The position numbers were made by a program, and so were the translations under genes. The notes under the pieces were generated by a model. It saw only the letters and a program-made list of their open reading frames with translations. It made no database searches and had not been told where the DNA came from. A DNA stretch of 64,000 bases from Pseudolabrys sp. (GTDB taxonomy: Bacteria; Pseudomonadota; Alphaproteobacteria; Rhizobiales; Xanthobacteraceae), in the NCBI GenBank assembly GCA_035648555.1, contig DASRLF010000020.1, positions 2,606 through 66,605 of the forward strand, read 5' to 3'. This document shows positions 27,568 through 38,202 of this stretch, piece by piece. Positions within the stretch are counted from its first letter, which is position 1; every line of letters starts with the position of its first letter.

Positions 27568-29096
27568 CCAGCACACGCCCCATCACCTTGCTGATCGCTG
27601 CGCTCGGCGGCGAAGGCGGCGGCGTGCTGACCGACTGGATCGTCTCGGCGACGGCCGAGGCCGGTTTTCCGGTGCAGAGCACGTCGATCCCCGGCGTCGC
27701 GCAGCGCACCGGCGCCACCACCTACTACATCGAGATTTTTCCGGTTCAGGCGCGCGGGCTTGGCGGCAAGCGGCCGGTGTTGGCGCTCACGCCTGGCGTC
27801 GGCGACATCGACATCGCGATGGCGAGCGAAATGCTGGAAGCCGGCCGCATGGTGGCGAGCGGCTTCGTTACGCGGGAGCGCACGCATCTCATCGCGTCGC
27901 TCAGCCGCTTCTATGCCATGGACGAAAAGATCGCGATGGGCGACGGCCGCTTCGACCAGGACAAGCTGATCAAGACCGTCAAGGACAATGCGCGCGACGC
28001 ACTTCTGATCGACATGGACGCGCTGGCAAAGCTTAGCGGCTCGATCATCAGCGCGGTGATGCTCGGCGCCATCGCCGGCTTGCAGCGGCTGCCGCTGACG
28101 GCCGAGCAATTCGAAGCCGCGATCCGCGCCGACGGAAAGTCAGTCGACAGCAATTTGCGCGGCTTCCGCGCCGGGTTTGAGGCCGCGCGCGCCAAAATGC
28201 CGCCGGTCAAAACCGCTGACAAAAAGAACAACGCGCCGACCACGCCCGATCTGCTCGAACATGAAGTGACGTACTCGCTACCCGCCTTGGCGCAGCCGAC
28301 GGCGATCGAAGGCGTGCGGCGGCTCATCGCATATCAAGGCGTCGGTTACGCGCGGCTCTATCTCGACCGGCTGCGCGCTTTGGTCGATGCCGACGCTGCC
28401 GGCGGCGCACCGGGCAAGCTGCTCAAGGAAGTCGCGCGCCATCTTGCGGTGCGCATGTCGTACGAGGACGTGGTGCGGGTGGCGCAAGCCAAGATCGCGC
28501 CGTCACGCATGCGCCGCATCGCGCGCGAAGAATTGCGCGTGAAGAACGAGCCTTATTCGGTGCACGATTTCCTCAAGCCCGGCATCGAGGAAATGTGCCA
28601 GCTGCTGCCGTCGTTCCTGGCGCGGCCGATCCTGTCGTTCAGCGAGCGCCGGGGCTGGCTCGGCCGGGTCTATTTCGGCATGGAGATCAATTCGACCTCG
28701 ATCAGCGGCTATCTGCGTTTCCTGATGCTGGCCAAGTTGCGCGGCTTGCGTCCGCACGGCCATCGCTACAAGCAGGAACAAGTACAGATCGAATCTTGGC
28801 TGGCGCTGATCGCCGAGGCGGCGCGGCAGCCGGGTGAACTGGCGCGCGAAGTCGCGGAATGCGCGCGGTTGATCAAAGGTTATGGCGACACTTATGCGCG
28901 CGGCCTTTCCAACTACCGCAGCATCGAGGCCCGCGTGATCCGCCCGGCACTGGCGGGCCATATCCCACCGCAACGCGCCGCCGACGCCGTCGCCAGCGCG
29001 CGCACAGCCGCGTTGGTCGATCCCGAGGGCGAAAGCCTCGCCAAATGCCTGGCCGAAATCGATGGAACCGGAACTTTCCGGATCGCGGCCGAATAG
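27564..29096 (+). CDS. iorB: Indolepyruvate oxidoreductase beta-subunit family, long form with C-terminal extension
   Basis: LGGEGGGVL, TSIPGVAQRTGATTYY; ATGA overlap with iorA. Confidence 0.85.
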   Translation: MTSTRPITLLIAALGGEGGGVLTDWIVSATAEAGFPVQSTSIPGVAQRTGATTYYIEIFPVQARGLGGKRPVLALTPGVGDIDIAMASEMLEAGRMVASGFVTRERTHLIASLSRFYAMDEKIAMGDGRFDQDKLIKTVKDNARDALLIDMDALAKLSGSIISAVMLGAIAGLQRLPLTAEQFEAAIRADGKSVDSNLRGFRAGFEAARAKMPPVKTADKKNNAPTTPDLLEHEVTYSLPALAQPTAIEGVRRLIAYQGVGYARLYLDRLRALVDADAAGGAPGKLLKEVARHLAVRMSYEDVVRVAQAKIAPSRMRRIAREELRVKNEPYSVHDFLKPGIEEMCQLLPSFLARPILSFSERRGWLGRVYFGMEINSTSISGYLRFLMLAKLRGLRPHGHRYKQEQVQIESWLALIAEAARQPGELAREVAECARLIKGYGDTYARGLSNYRSIEARVIRPALAGHIPPQRAADAVASARTAALVDPEGESLAKCLAEIDGTGTFRIAAE

Positions 29097-29208
29097 CCGC
29101 GCCGGTCCGTTGTCAGCCCCCGCCTCTGTCGCGTAAAAGACCAGCAACAACACGGCGTCCGGGGGGACACCTTGCCAAGCTTCGCCGCGGACGCCTGAGG
29201 GCGACGCA

Positions 29209-30915
29209 ATGGCCGTGACACCGACTGGACGCGAACGGCCGGCCATCGCCGCCGAGGCCTTCCTGCGCGCGCTCGCCGACCACGGTACCGAGTATTTCTT
29301 CGCCAATCCGGGCACTGATTTCCCGCCGATCGTGGAAGCCTTCAGCCGCGCCAAGAAGACCAATGCCAAGGTGCCGAGGCCCGTGCTGGTGCCGCACGAA
29401 AATCTCGCGGTCGGCATGGCGCACGGCGCCTACCTGATGACCGGCCACCCGCAGGCGGTGATGGTGCACGTCAATGTCGGCACCGCCAACACCATCAACA
29501 ATCTCACCAATTTGTCGCGCGACCGCGTGCCGCTGATCCTCGCCGCCGGCCGTACCCCGATCACGGAAAAAGGTTCGTTCGGCTCGCGCTCGCGGCCGAT
29601 CCACTGGGCGCAGGAAATGTTCGACCAGGCCGGCATGGTGCGCGAACTAGTGAAGTGGGATTACGAATTGCGCCAGCCCAACCAGATCGGCGACATGGTG
29701 GCGCGCGGCGTGGAAGTCGCCATGGCGCATCCGCGCGGGCCGGTCTACATGGTGCTGCCGCGCGAGCCGCTGTCGGCGCCGCTGTCCGAGCCGATCGCGC
29801 CAATGAAACCACGCGCGCAAGCCGCCGAGACGCATCCCGATCCGAAGGCGATCGCGACTTTGGCCGAATGGATCGTGGCGGCCGAGCGGCCGCTGATCGT
29901 CACCGCCACGCTGCCGGCCGACGCGGTTGCAGCGCTCGCGCATCTCGCCGAGCGCTGCGCGATCCCCGTGGTGACGCATAATCCGCGCACCGTTTGCATG
30001 CCGTCGAGCCATGCCATGCATTTCGGCTTCGAGCCGGGCGTACTGCTCGCCGACGCCGACCTCGTGATCTCGCTCGAATCCGACGTGCCGTGGATTCCGC
30101 ATTTGCAGCATCCGCCGGGCGGCTGCCGCGTCGCCCATATCGGCGAGGAACCGCTTTACGTGCGCTATCCGATGCGCAGCTTTCCGAGCGATCTTGCCGT
30201 GCAGGCCGGCCCGCTCAACGCACTCGACGCGCTCATCAAAGCAGTGGAGGCGCGCCTGCAAATGGCGGAAGCACGGATCGCCGCGCGGCGCGCGCGGCTG
30301 ACCGAGCGCATGCGCACAAGGCGCGCGCAGCTCGCCAAGGATTCCGCGCCGGGCCCGACCATCTCGCCGGAATATCTGTCGCGCGTGATCGGCGAGACGG
30401 TCGGCGATGACGCCATCATCGTCAACGAATATCCGCTGCGGGCCGACCATTGCGCGCGCGAGAAACCTGGCACGCTGTTCGCGCTCGGACCGGCCGGCGG
30501 GCTCGGCTGGGGTTTCGGCGCAGCGCTTGGCATCAAGCTCGCCGCGCCCGACGCCTTCGTGGTCGCGACGCTGGGCGACGGCGCCTATATGTTCGCCAAT
30601 CCGATGGTCGGACACTGGGTAGCCGCCAATCACAAGCTGCCGATCCTCACGATCGTGTTCAACAACAGCCGCTACGGCGCGGTGCGCCGCGCCACGCTGT
30701 CGATGTTCAAGGACGGTGCTGCCGGCGAAGACGACGGCCGCACGCTTGCCGATCTTGGGCCCTCGCCGGCTTTTGAGGCGATGGCACAGGCACAAGGCGC
30801 CTATGCCGAGCGCGTCGAGAAGCCGGCCGACCTGACCGACGCGCTCATGCGCGCCCGCGATGCCGTCGTCAACGGGCGCCGCCAGGCGCTGCTCAACATC
30901 ATCACGCCCTATTGA
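29209..30915 (+). CDS. Thiamine-diphosphate-dependent enzyme (acetolactate synthase/benzoylformate decarboxylase superfamily)
   Basis: PHENLAVGMAHG, GGLGWGFGAALG, GDGAYMF...NN TPP-binding motif. Confidence 0.88.
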   Translation: MAVTPTGRERPAIAAEAFLRALADHGTEYFFANPGTDFPPIVEAFSRAKKTNAKVPRPVLVPHENLAVGMAHGAYLMTGHPQAVMVHVNVGTANTINNLTNLSRDRVPLILAAGRTPITEKGSFGSRSRPIHWAQEMFDQAGMVRELVKWDYELRQPNQIGDMVARGVEVAMAHPRGPVYMVLPREPLSAPLSEPIAPMKPRAQAAETHPDPKAIATLAEWIVAAERPLIVTATLPADAVAALAHLAERCAIPVVTHNPRTVCMPSSHAMHFGFEPGVLLADADLVISLESDVPWIPHLQHPPGGCRVAHIGEEPLYVRYPMRSFPSDLAVQAGPLNALDALIKAVEARLQMAEARIAARRARLTERMRTRRAQLAKDSAPGPTISPEYLSRVIGETVGDDAIIVNEYPLRADHCAREKPGTLFALGPAGGLGWGFGAALGIKLAAPDAFVVATLGDGAYMFANPMVGHWVAANHKLPILTIVFNNSRYGAVRRATLSMFKDGAAGEDDGRTLADLGPSPAFEAMAQAQGAYAERVEKPADLTDALMRARDAVVNGRRQALLNIITPY

Positions 30916-30959
30916 AACTCTAGCCCAAAAGAACAATCGCCAGTCACGGAGGACAGTCT

Positions 30960-31976
30960 ATGCGCATCGATGCCTACACCCACTTCATCCCGGAAAAGTT
31001 TTTCAACAAGATCGTGGAAAGCGGGCACCACGACATCGGCAAACGCGTGCGCGAGATCCCGTGCATCCACGACATCGAGGTGCGCCGCAAGATCGTCGAC
31101 GGCTTCAAGGATTATGCGCAGATCATTTCCTACCCGATGCCGCCGCTCGAACTATTGGCCAAGGGCGATGCCGCGCTGGTGGAGGAATACACCAAACTAG
31201 TGAACGACGGCTTTGCCGATATTTGCGCGAAATATCCCGACCAGTTTCCCGGCTGGGTGGCGCAGGCGCCGCTGGCGGCCGCCGACGCCGGCGTGCGCGA
31301 ATGCGAGCGCGCCCTCAAAAACGGCGCGCTCGGCGTGCAGATCTACACCAACGTCGCAGGCCGGCCGCTCGACGATCCGGCATTCGAGCCGTTCTTTGCC
31401 GCCATGAACAAAAACGGCAAGCCGATCTGGATGCACCCGGCGCGCGCCGCTAATTTCCCGGATTACCTTTCAGAGAAAAAATCGAAATACGAAATCTGGT
31501 GGACCTTCGGCTGGTCCTACGAAACCGCGGCGGCGATGGCGCGCCTGGTGTTCTCAGGCATCATGGACAAATACCCGAACCTGAAGATCATCACCCACCA
31601 CTTCGGTGGCATCGTGCCGATGCTGGAAGGCCGCATCGGCCCGGGCTGGGATCAGCTCGGCTCACGCACCTCGGACGAGGACTTGAGCCTGGTGCTCAAA
31701 CGGCTGAAGAAGCGCCCGCTCGATTATTTCAAGCACTCGTTCTATGCCGACACCGCGGTGTTCGGCGGCGAACCGGCGACCCGCGCCGGCTTCGAGTTCT
31801 ACGACCACGACAAGATCGTGTTCGCCTCCGACTGCCCATTCGATCCCGAAAAGGGCACGATGTACACGCGCGAAACGCTGCGCATCGTCGATGAATTGGA
31901 CATGCCGAAGGCCGACAAAGAGAATATCTGGCACGGTAATCTCGAGCGGATCACAGGGGTAAAATTCAAGTCGTAG
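30960..31976 (+). CDS. Amidohydrolase_2 family protein (ACMSD/LigW-like decarboxylase or hydratase)
   Basis: IDAYTH, IWMHP, ITHHFGG, FASDCPF. Confidence 0.85.
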   Translation: MRIDAYTHFIPEKFFNKIVESGHHDIGKRVREIPCIHDIEVRRKIVDGFKDYAQIISYPMPPLELLAKGDAALVEEYTKLVNDGFADICAKYPDQFPGWVAQAPLAAADAGVRECERALKNGALGVQIYTNVAGRPLDDPAFEPFFAAMNKNGKPIWMHPARAANFPDYLSEKKSKYEIWWTFGWSYETAAAMARLVFSGIMDKYPNLKIITHHFGGIVPMLEGRIGPGWDQLGSRTSDEDLSLVLKRLKKRPLDYFKHSFYADTAVFGGEPATRAGFEFYDHDKIVFASDCPFDPEKGTMYTRETLRIVDELDMPKADKENIWHGNLERITGVKFKS

Positions 31977-31998
31977 TCGACGCCTTGGCGCAGAAAGG

Positions 31999-32031
31999 GC
32001 GTGGATGCCCGGCATAAAGCCGGGCATGACG
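31999..32031. repeat. Rhizobiales-type REP palindrome
   Basis: GCGTGG-ATGCCCGGC-ATAAA-GCCGGGCAT-GACG (9-bp stem), resembling the GTCATGCCCGG...CCGGGCATCCAC REP class. Confidence 0.75.
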
Positions 32032-32078
32032 CCGCGCTTGGGTGGAAGCCCAGCCCACTTCTGCTAGCATCGCCGCTT

Positions 32079-34817
32079 ATGGCGCTCACCCACCCCATCG
32101 GAATGTCCGAATCCGAACCGCCGCCGCCAGGCGACGGCAACGGACGCCCCAGTCCGATGCTGGAGCAGTACATCGAGATCAAGGCCGCCAATCCGGACTG
32201 CCTGCTGTTCTACCGGATGGGCGATTTTTACGAGATGTTCTTCGACGACGCCGAAATCGCCTCGCGCGCGCTCGGCATAGTACTCACCAAGCGCGGCAAA
32301 CATCAGGGCCGCGATATCCCGATGTGCGGCGTACCCGTGGTGCGCGCCGATGAATATCTGCACCGGCTGATCGCGCTCGGCCACCGCGTCGCGGTCTGCG
32401 AACAGCTCGAAGATCCGGCGGAAGCGCGCAAACGCGGATCCAAGAGCGTGGTGCGGCGCGATGTGGTGCGGCTGGTGACGCCCGGCACGCTCACCGAAGA
32501 CACGCTGCTGGATGCCAGGCGCAACAATTATCTGCTGAGCGTCGCGCGCGCACGGCTCTCATCCGCCGGCGAGGACGCGCGTTTCGCGCTCGGCTGGATC
32601 GATATTTCCACCGGCGAATTCCACATCACCGAATGCGACCGGCTGTCGCTGCCAGCTGAGATCGCGCGGCTGGAACCGAGCGAGATCATCGTCTCCGACG
32701 CGCTCTATGCTGACGCCGATTTGGTGCCTTATTGGCGCACGCTGCCCGCCGTGACGCCGCTCACCCGCGACGTGTTCGATAGTGCGACCGCCGAGCGGCG
32801 GCTCACCTCGTTCTTCGCGGTGGCGACCAGCGAGACTTTCGGCGCGCTGACCCGGCTCGAACTTACCGCCGCGGCGGCCTGCGTCACCTATGTCGAGCGC
32901 ACGCAAATCGGCAAACGGCCGCCGCTGTCGCCGCCGTTGCGCGAAAGCGCCGGCGCGACGATGGCGATCGACCAGGCGACGCGCGGCAATCTCGAACTGA
33001 TGCGCACGCTGTCCGGCGAGCGGCGCGGCTCGCTGCTGGAATCGATCGACCGCACGGTCACCTCGGCCGGCTCGCGGCTGCTGGCGCAAAGATTATCCGC
33101 GCCGCTCACCGATCAGGCAGCCATCGCGCGCCGGCTCGACGCGGTGGCGAGCTTCGTCGATGACGCGACGGCGCGCGCCGATACCCGCGCGCGCTTGCAG
33201 GCTTCGCCCGATCTGGCGCGTGCACTCGCTCGCCTGGCCGTTGGCCGCGGCGGTCCGCGCGACCTCGCCGCCATCCGCGACGGCGTGCTGGCCGCCGCCG
33301 ATCTCGCCCGCGCTTTGGGCCCGCTCAAAGACGCCCCGGCGGAAATCTCTGACGCACTGAAGTCCTGCCGCCGCCCGGACGGCATGCTGGCCGCCGAGCT
33401 TGCCGCGGCGCTCGCCGCCGAGCTGCCCGCGTTCAAACGCGACGGTGGCTTCGTGCGCGAAGGCTATGACACGAGCCTCGATGAGACGCGTGCATTACGC
33501 GATGAATCCCGCCGCGTGGTTGCGGCGCTGCAGTCGCGCTACGCCGAGGAGACCGCTGTCCGCGGTCTCAAGATCCGGCACAACAACGTGCTTGGCTATT
33601 TCGTCGAGGTCACCGCGCAGCACGGCGAAAAATTGCTGGCCGCGCCGCTTAACGCCACTTTCATCCACCGCCAGACGCTGGCCGGCCAAGTGCGCTTTAC
33701 CACCACCGAATTGGGCGACCTGGAGGCCAAGATCGCCAGCGCTGCCGACCGCGCGCTCGGGCTTGAGTTCGAGATTTTCGACCGGCTGGTGGGAAGCGTC
33801 CTCGCACAAAGCGCAGAGATCAAGGAATGCGCCGAGGCGCTCGGCAGCCTCGATGTAGTGAGCGCCCTGGCCCATCTTGCGGCCGAGCGCGATTACGCGC
33901 GGCCCGTGGTCGACGACGGCCACGGCTTCGTCATCGAAGGCGGCCGCCACCCGGTGGTGGAACAAGCGCTGGCGCGCGACGGCACGCCGTTCGTCGCCAA
34001 TGATTGCGATCTGTCGCCGCCGAAAGACGCCGAGGCCGGCCGCATCTGGCTGATCACCGGGCCCAACATGGCGGGCAAATCCACCTTCCTGCGGCAGAAC
34101 GCGCTGATCGCGATCCTGGCGCAAATGGGCTCGTTCGTGCCGGCGAAAGCCGCGCATATTGGCGTCGTCGACCGATTATTTTCGCGCGTTGGCGCCGCCG
34201 ACGATCTGGCGCGCGGGCGCTCGACCTTCATGGTCGAGATGATCGAGACCGCCGCAATCCTCAATCAGGCCGGCCCGCGCGCGCTGGTGATCCTGGACGA
34301 AATCGGCCGCGGCACCGCCACGTTCGATGGCCTGTCGATCGCCTGGGCGACCGTCGAGCATCTGCACGACGTCAACAAATGCCGCGCGCTTTTTGCCACC
34401 CATTTCCATGAATTGACCGCGCTGGCCGCGCGGCTCGACCGCCTGCACAACGCTACGGTGAAGGTGAAAGAATGGCAGGGCGACGTGGTGTTTCTGCACG
34501 AAGTGGTGCCGGGCTCGGCCGACCACTCCTACGGTATCCAGGTCGCAAAGCTGGCCGGCCTGCCGGCGAGCGTGATCGAACGCGCCAAACTGGTGCTGGC
34601 CAAGCTCGAACAGGACGACCGCGCCAAACCGAAGGGCTTCGAGGACCTGCCGCTATTCGCGGCGCCCTACAAGCCGCCGGAGGACATGCAGGACGACGCC
34701 CTCGACCTGGTGGTAGCCGCTGTCGCCGCGCTCAATCCGGACGAGATGTCGCCGCGCGATGCCATGGAAGCGCTCTACATGCTCAAGCAGAAGCTGGCTA
34801 AGACCGAGAAGAAGTAG
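32079..34817 (+). CDS. mutS: DNA mismatch repair protein MutS (start uncertain, 32079 or 32103)
   Basis: [59 protein letters not shown]. Confidence 0.98.
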   Translation: MALTHPIGMSESEPPPPGDGNGRPSPMLEQYIEIKAANPDCLLFYRMGDFYEMFFDDAEIASRALGIVLTKRGKHQGRDIPMCGVPVVRADEYLHRLIALGHRVAVCEQLEDPAEARKRGSKSVVRRDVVRLVTPGTLTEDTLLDARRNNYLLSVARARLSSAGEDARFALGWIDISTGEFHITECDRLSLPAEIARLEPSEIIVSDALYADADLVPYWRTLPAVTPLTRDVFDSATAERRLTSFFAVATSETFGALTRLELTAAAACVTYVERTQIGKRPPLSPPLRESAGATMAIDQATRGNLELMRTLSGERRGSLLESIDRTVTSAGSRLLAQRLSAPLTDQAAIARRLDAVASFVDDATARADTRARLQASPDLARALARLAVGRGGPRDLAAIRDGVLAAADLARALGPLKDAPAEISDALKSCRRPDGMLAAELAAALAAELPAFKRDGGFVREGYDTSLDETRALRDESRRVVAALQSRYAEETAVRGLKIRHNNVLGYFVEVTAQHGEKLLAAPLNATFIHRQTLAGQVRFTTTELGDLEAKIASAADRALGLEFEIFDRLVGSVLAQSAEIKECAEALGSLDVVSALAHLAAERDYARPVVDDGHGFVIEGGRHPVVEQALARDGTPFVANDCDLSPPKDAEAGRIWLITGPNMAGKSTFLRQNALIAILAQMGSFVPAKAAHIGVVDRLFSRVGAADDLARGRSTFMVEMIETAAILNQAGPRALVILDEIGRGTATFDGLSIAWATVEHLHDVNKCRALFATHFHELTALAARLDRLHNATVKVKEWQGDVVFLHEVVPGSADHSYGIQVAKLAGLPASVIERAKLVLAKLEQDDRAKPKGFEDLPLFAAPYKPPEDMQDDALDLVVAAVAALNPDEMSPRDAMEALYMLKQKLAKTEKK

Positions 34818-34823
34818 CGCGTG

Positions 34824-36581
34824 ATGAACCTCGCCGAAGGCAAGCGTGTGACGGCGCCGGAGGCCGCGGAAAACTGGCTGATGCGTTTCGCCGAGGCCTT
34901 GCAGGCGCAGGACGCCCACGCCGCCGCCGACATGTTTCTCGCCGACGGACTGTGGCGCGACGTGCTGGCCTTTACCTGGACTATCGAGACGATGGCCGGC
35001 CGTTCCGCGATCGAGGCGGCGCTAAACCAGACGCTGGCGCGCACCAAGCCTGCGCACTTCCATATTCCACCCCAGCGCACGCCGCCGCGCCGGGTCAGCC
35101 GCGCCGGCACGGAATCGATCGAGGCCATTTTCGAATTCGAGACCGCCTTCGGCCCCGCGCACGGCATCGTGCGCCTGGTGCCCGACCCGCAGACGCCGCG
35201 ATTACGCGCCTGGACGCTGCTCACGAGCTTGCAGGAACTGCGCGGCCACGAGGAGGCATTCAAGCGGCGCGTGGCGGAAGATGCAACGCGCGACTTCGGC
35301 GCCGTCAACTGGCTCGATCGCCTCGACACAGCGCGCGCCTATGCGGATCGCGATCCGGCGGTGATCGTGGTCGGCGGCGGCCAAGCAGGCTTGTCGATCG
35401 CGGCGCGCTTGCAGCAGCTCAGCGTCGATACGCTAATCGTCGACCGGCACGAACGGATCGGCGACAACTGGCGCAAGCGCTACCACTCGCTGACGCTACA
35501 CAATGAAGTGCATGTCAATCATCTGCCTTACATGCCGTTCCCGCCGAATTTCCCGGTATACATTCCGAAGGACAAGCTCGCGAACTGGTTCGAATCTTAC
35601 GTCGAAGCGATGGAGCTCAATTTCTGGACTGGCACCGAGTTGGTTGGCGGCAGCTATGACAATGCACGCAAGCAATGGTCGGTGACACTCCGCCGCGCCG
35701 ATGGCAGCGCGCGTGTCATACATCCGCGCCATCTCGTCTTCGCCACCGGGGTCAGCAGCATTCCGGTGACGCCGGAGCTGCCCGGCCTCGCCGACTTCGG
35801 CGGCACCGCTGTGCATTCCGGCGCGTTCAAGAACGCCGAACAATGGCGCGGCAAGAAAGCTTTGGTGCTCGGCAGCGGCACCAGTGGCCACGATGTCGCG
35901 CAGGAACTGCACGCGCACGGCGCCGACGTCACCATGATCCAGCGCAGCAAGACCTATGTCGTGAGCCTGCAGGAAGCGCAAAGCGTCTACGCGATCTACT
36001 CCGAAGGCATCGCCTTCGAGGATTGCGACCTGCTGGCGGCGTCGTTCCCCTACCCCGTGCTGCAACGCTCCTATCAGCTCTCGACCGCGCGCGGCCGCGA
36101 GGTCGACAACGCGCTGCTCGACGGCCTCGAAAAATCCGGTTTCCGCCTGCATTACGGAGAAGACGAGACCGGTTTTCAGATGATGTATCTGCGGCGCGGC
36201 GGCGGATATTATTTCAACGTCGGCTGTTCCGACTTGATCATCGCCGGAAAAATCAAGCTGCTGCAATTCACCGACGTCGAAAGATTCGTCGCGCAAGGCG
36301 CGCAGCTGCGCGACGGCAGCATCGTGCCTGCCGACTTATTGGTGCTGGCGACCGGCTACAAGAACCAGCAGGACACGGTGCGCGCCTATCTGGGCGACGC
36401 CGTCGCCGACAAGATCGGTCCGGTCTGGGGCTTCGACGAGGGCGGCGAATTGCGCAACATGTGGCGGCGCACCGCGCAGCCGGGCTTGTGGTTCACCGCC
36501 GGCAGCCTAGCGCAATGCCGGATTTTCTCGCGCTATCTGGCAATCCAGATCAAGGCGCTGGAGACCGGGCTTTTGCGCTGA
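34824..36581 (+). CDS. Flavin-containing monooxygenase with N-terminal SnoaL/NTF2-like extension (type II FMO-like)
   Basis: GGGQAG FAD motif, GDNWRKRY, HSGAF, GSGTSGHD, LATGY; about 170-aa N-terminal extension. Confidence 0.85.
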   Translation: MNLAEGKRVTAPEAAENWLMRFAEALQAQDAHAAADMFLADGLWRDVLAFTWTIETMAGRSAIEAALNQTLARTKPAHFHIPPQRTPPRRVSRAGTESIEAIFEFETAFGPAHGIVRLVPDPQTPRLRAWTLLTSLQELRGHEEAFKRRVAEDATRDFGAVNWLDRLDTARAYADRDPAVIVVGGGQAGLSIAARLQQLSVDTLIVDRHERIGDNWRKRYHSLTLHNEVHVNHLPYMPFPPNFPVYIPKDKLANWFESYVEAMELNFWTGTELVGGSYDNARKQWSVTLRRADGSARVIHPRHLVFATGVSSIPVTPELPGLADFGGTAVHSGAFKNAEQWRGKKALVLGSGTSGHDVAQELHAHGADVTMIQRSKTYVVSLQEAQSVYAIYSEGIAFEDCDLLAASFPYPVLQRSYQLSTARGREVDNALLDGLEKSGFRLHYGEDETGFQMMYLRRGGGYYFNVGCSDLIIAGKIKLLQFTDVERFVAQGAQLRDGSIVPADLLVLATGYKNQQDTVRAYLGDAVADKIGPVWGFDEGGELRNMWRRTAQPGLWFTAGSLAQCRIFSRYLAIQIKALETGLLR

Positions 36582-37371
36582 GCCGGCGCAAAGCCCACAG
36601 CAGCGCGTTCCAGGTGAGCCCGACGCTCAAGCCCGCGGCATAGGACCACCACACCCCGGCCGGCTCCGCCAAGAGATGCACGACCAGCAGACCGAGACCC
36701 AAGCCGATCAGCGGCGTGAGCACATGCGCCGCCACGCTGGCCGAAGCCTTGCCGCCGATGCGCGGATGCAGGATCACGAAAAACGACCCCATCGCCACCG
36801 GGAAAAACGCGAAAACGCCCGAGAAATATGAGCCGATCGAGTGGCTCGCGGCGGTGACGATAATGACGCAAATCGTCACCACGCCGGCGCGCCAGGCAAG
36901 ATCGCGGGCGGTCAGGCTAACGCGCTTGATCGCGCCTTCGGCGCGAAAGCGGCTGCCGGCCAGGATCGCCAGCGGATAGACCACGGCATTGAGCAGTACG
37001 GCTTCGGTCGCGCTCCAGTCCACAAGGCGCGACAGCAGCGCGCCCGTCAGCCACACCGCAAAAGCGCCACCCAGGCTCACCGCCAGCGAACGCTTCTGTG
37101 CCAGCGTGGCATAGGTGAGCGCGAACGCCGCACACACCGCGTTGGCAATCAGGCTACCGACCGCGCTGGCCGCGATGAAGTCCGGTGGATGTTCGATGGC
37201 GAGAATGATCAACGCAGCGCCGCCCGCGGTCGGCAGCGCGGCGATCAGCGAACCGATGAACGGCCCGCTGCGCTCGACCACCACCGAAGCCGCCACCACG
37301 ATGGTCGCGGTCAGCGCGATCTTGAACGCGAGGCCGTACCAAAAGATCGGGTTTGTCAGAATGTCGGTCAT
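36550..37371 (-). CDS. Uncharacterised polytopic membrane protein (internal two-fold repeat), paralog B
   Basis: About 9-10 TM segments; ERSGPFIGSLIAALP repeated as SIGSYFSGVFAFFP. Confidence 0.7.
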   Translation of the reverse strand: MTDILTNPIFWYGLAFKIALTATIVVAASVVVERSGPFIGSLIAALPTAGGAALIILAIEHPPDFIAASAVGSLIANAVCAAFALTYATLAQKRSLAVSLGGAFAVWLTGALLSRLVDWSATEAVLLNAVVYPLAILAGSRFRAEGAIKRVSLTARDLAWRAGVVTICVIIVTAASHSIGSYFSGVFAFFPVAMGSFFVILHPRIGGKASASVAAHVLTPLIGLGLGLLVVHLLAEPAGVWWSYAAGLSVGLTWNALLWALRRLSAKARSPAP

Positions 37372-38162
37372 GCCGCGGCCGACCGCCGGCGAACGACATA
37401 AATCAGCCAGTTACAGCAGAGCGAAACCAAAACCGTGAGCGCGAGCGCGATCCACGATCCGAGCCGGTCGGCGGTCAGATCAAGCACCACCAGCGCGACA
37501 CAAAAGCCGCCCAAGCCGATCACCGCATTGGCCATCACGGCCGCGGTCGCCGGCCCGCCGACCCGCCGGCGCAAAATGATCATGATGCTGGTGAGCACGA
37601 TCGGAAACACCGCAAGATTGCCGCTGGCGACCGGGCCGATCCGGAAACTGAGCGTGATCACCGCCCCAACCAGAAGCGCCACCATGCCCGCACGCAGCAC
37701 GAGGTCATACCAGCGCCGCTGCACGCGCGGCATCGGCGCGTGCCGCAACGGCGCGGATAGCCAGAACGAAAATCCGACCACGACGATATTCAGCACGACC
37801 GCCGACACCAGCGTCCAGGCCACCGCCTCGGATACCCACATCAACGCAAACCAGATCGCGTAAGCGCCGGCCAAGGTGACCGGCAGCGAGCGCTTTTGCG
37901 CCAGCAGCGCGCAGCTCAGCGCAAAAACCACGTTGTCGGCATTGGTGACGAGGCTGCCGAGCGCGCTTTGCGCGATGAAATGCGCGTCGTGATCGAGCGC
38001 CAGGAAGATGTAGACCGGCCCGGCGCTGATCGGCAGCGTCGCCACCAGGCCGCCAACCAGCGGACCGAACCGCTCTGCCGATACCGTCGCCACCAGCAGG
38101 AAGCCGGCGGTGATGGCCATCTTCACGATGAGCGTGAGCGCGAAATAAAGGTCGGGCGGCAT
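37368..38162 (-). CDS. Uncharacterised polytopic membrane protein, paralog A
   Basis: ERFGPLVGGLVATLP / RIGPVASGNLAVFP; ATGA-coupled to paralog B. Confidence 0.7.
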   Translation of the reverse strand: MPPDLYFALTLIVKMAITAGFLLVATVSAERFGPLVGGLVATLPISAGPVYIFLALDHDAHFIAQSALGSLVTNADNVVFALSCALLAQKRSLPVTLAGAYAIWFALMWVSEAVAWTLVSAVVLNIVVVGFSFWLSAPLRHAPMPRVQRRWYDLVLRAGMVALLVGAVITLSFRIGPVASGNLAVFPIVLTSIMIILRRRVGGPATAAVMANAVIGLGGFCVALVVLDLTADRLGSWIALALTVLVSLCCNWLIYVVRRRSAAA

Positions 38163-38202
38163 TTTCTGCTTCTACCTCTTTCCGCGAGGAAAGAGGTAAG
38201 TT

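Noticed and set aside
32001-32078. Extended MutS N-terminus [11 protein letters not shown]...
   Set aside because: Derived from the REP palindrome; not part of MutS.
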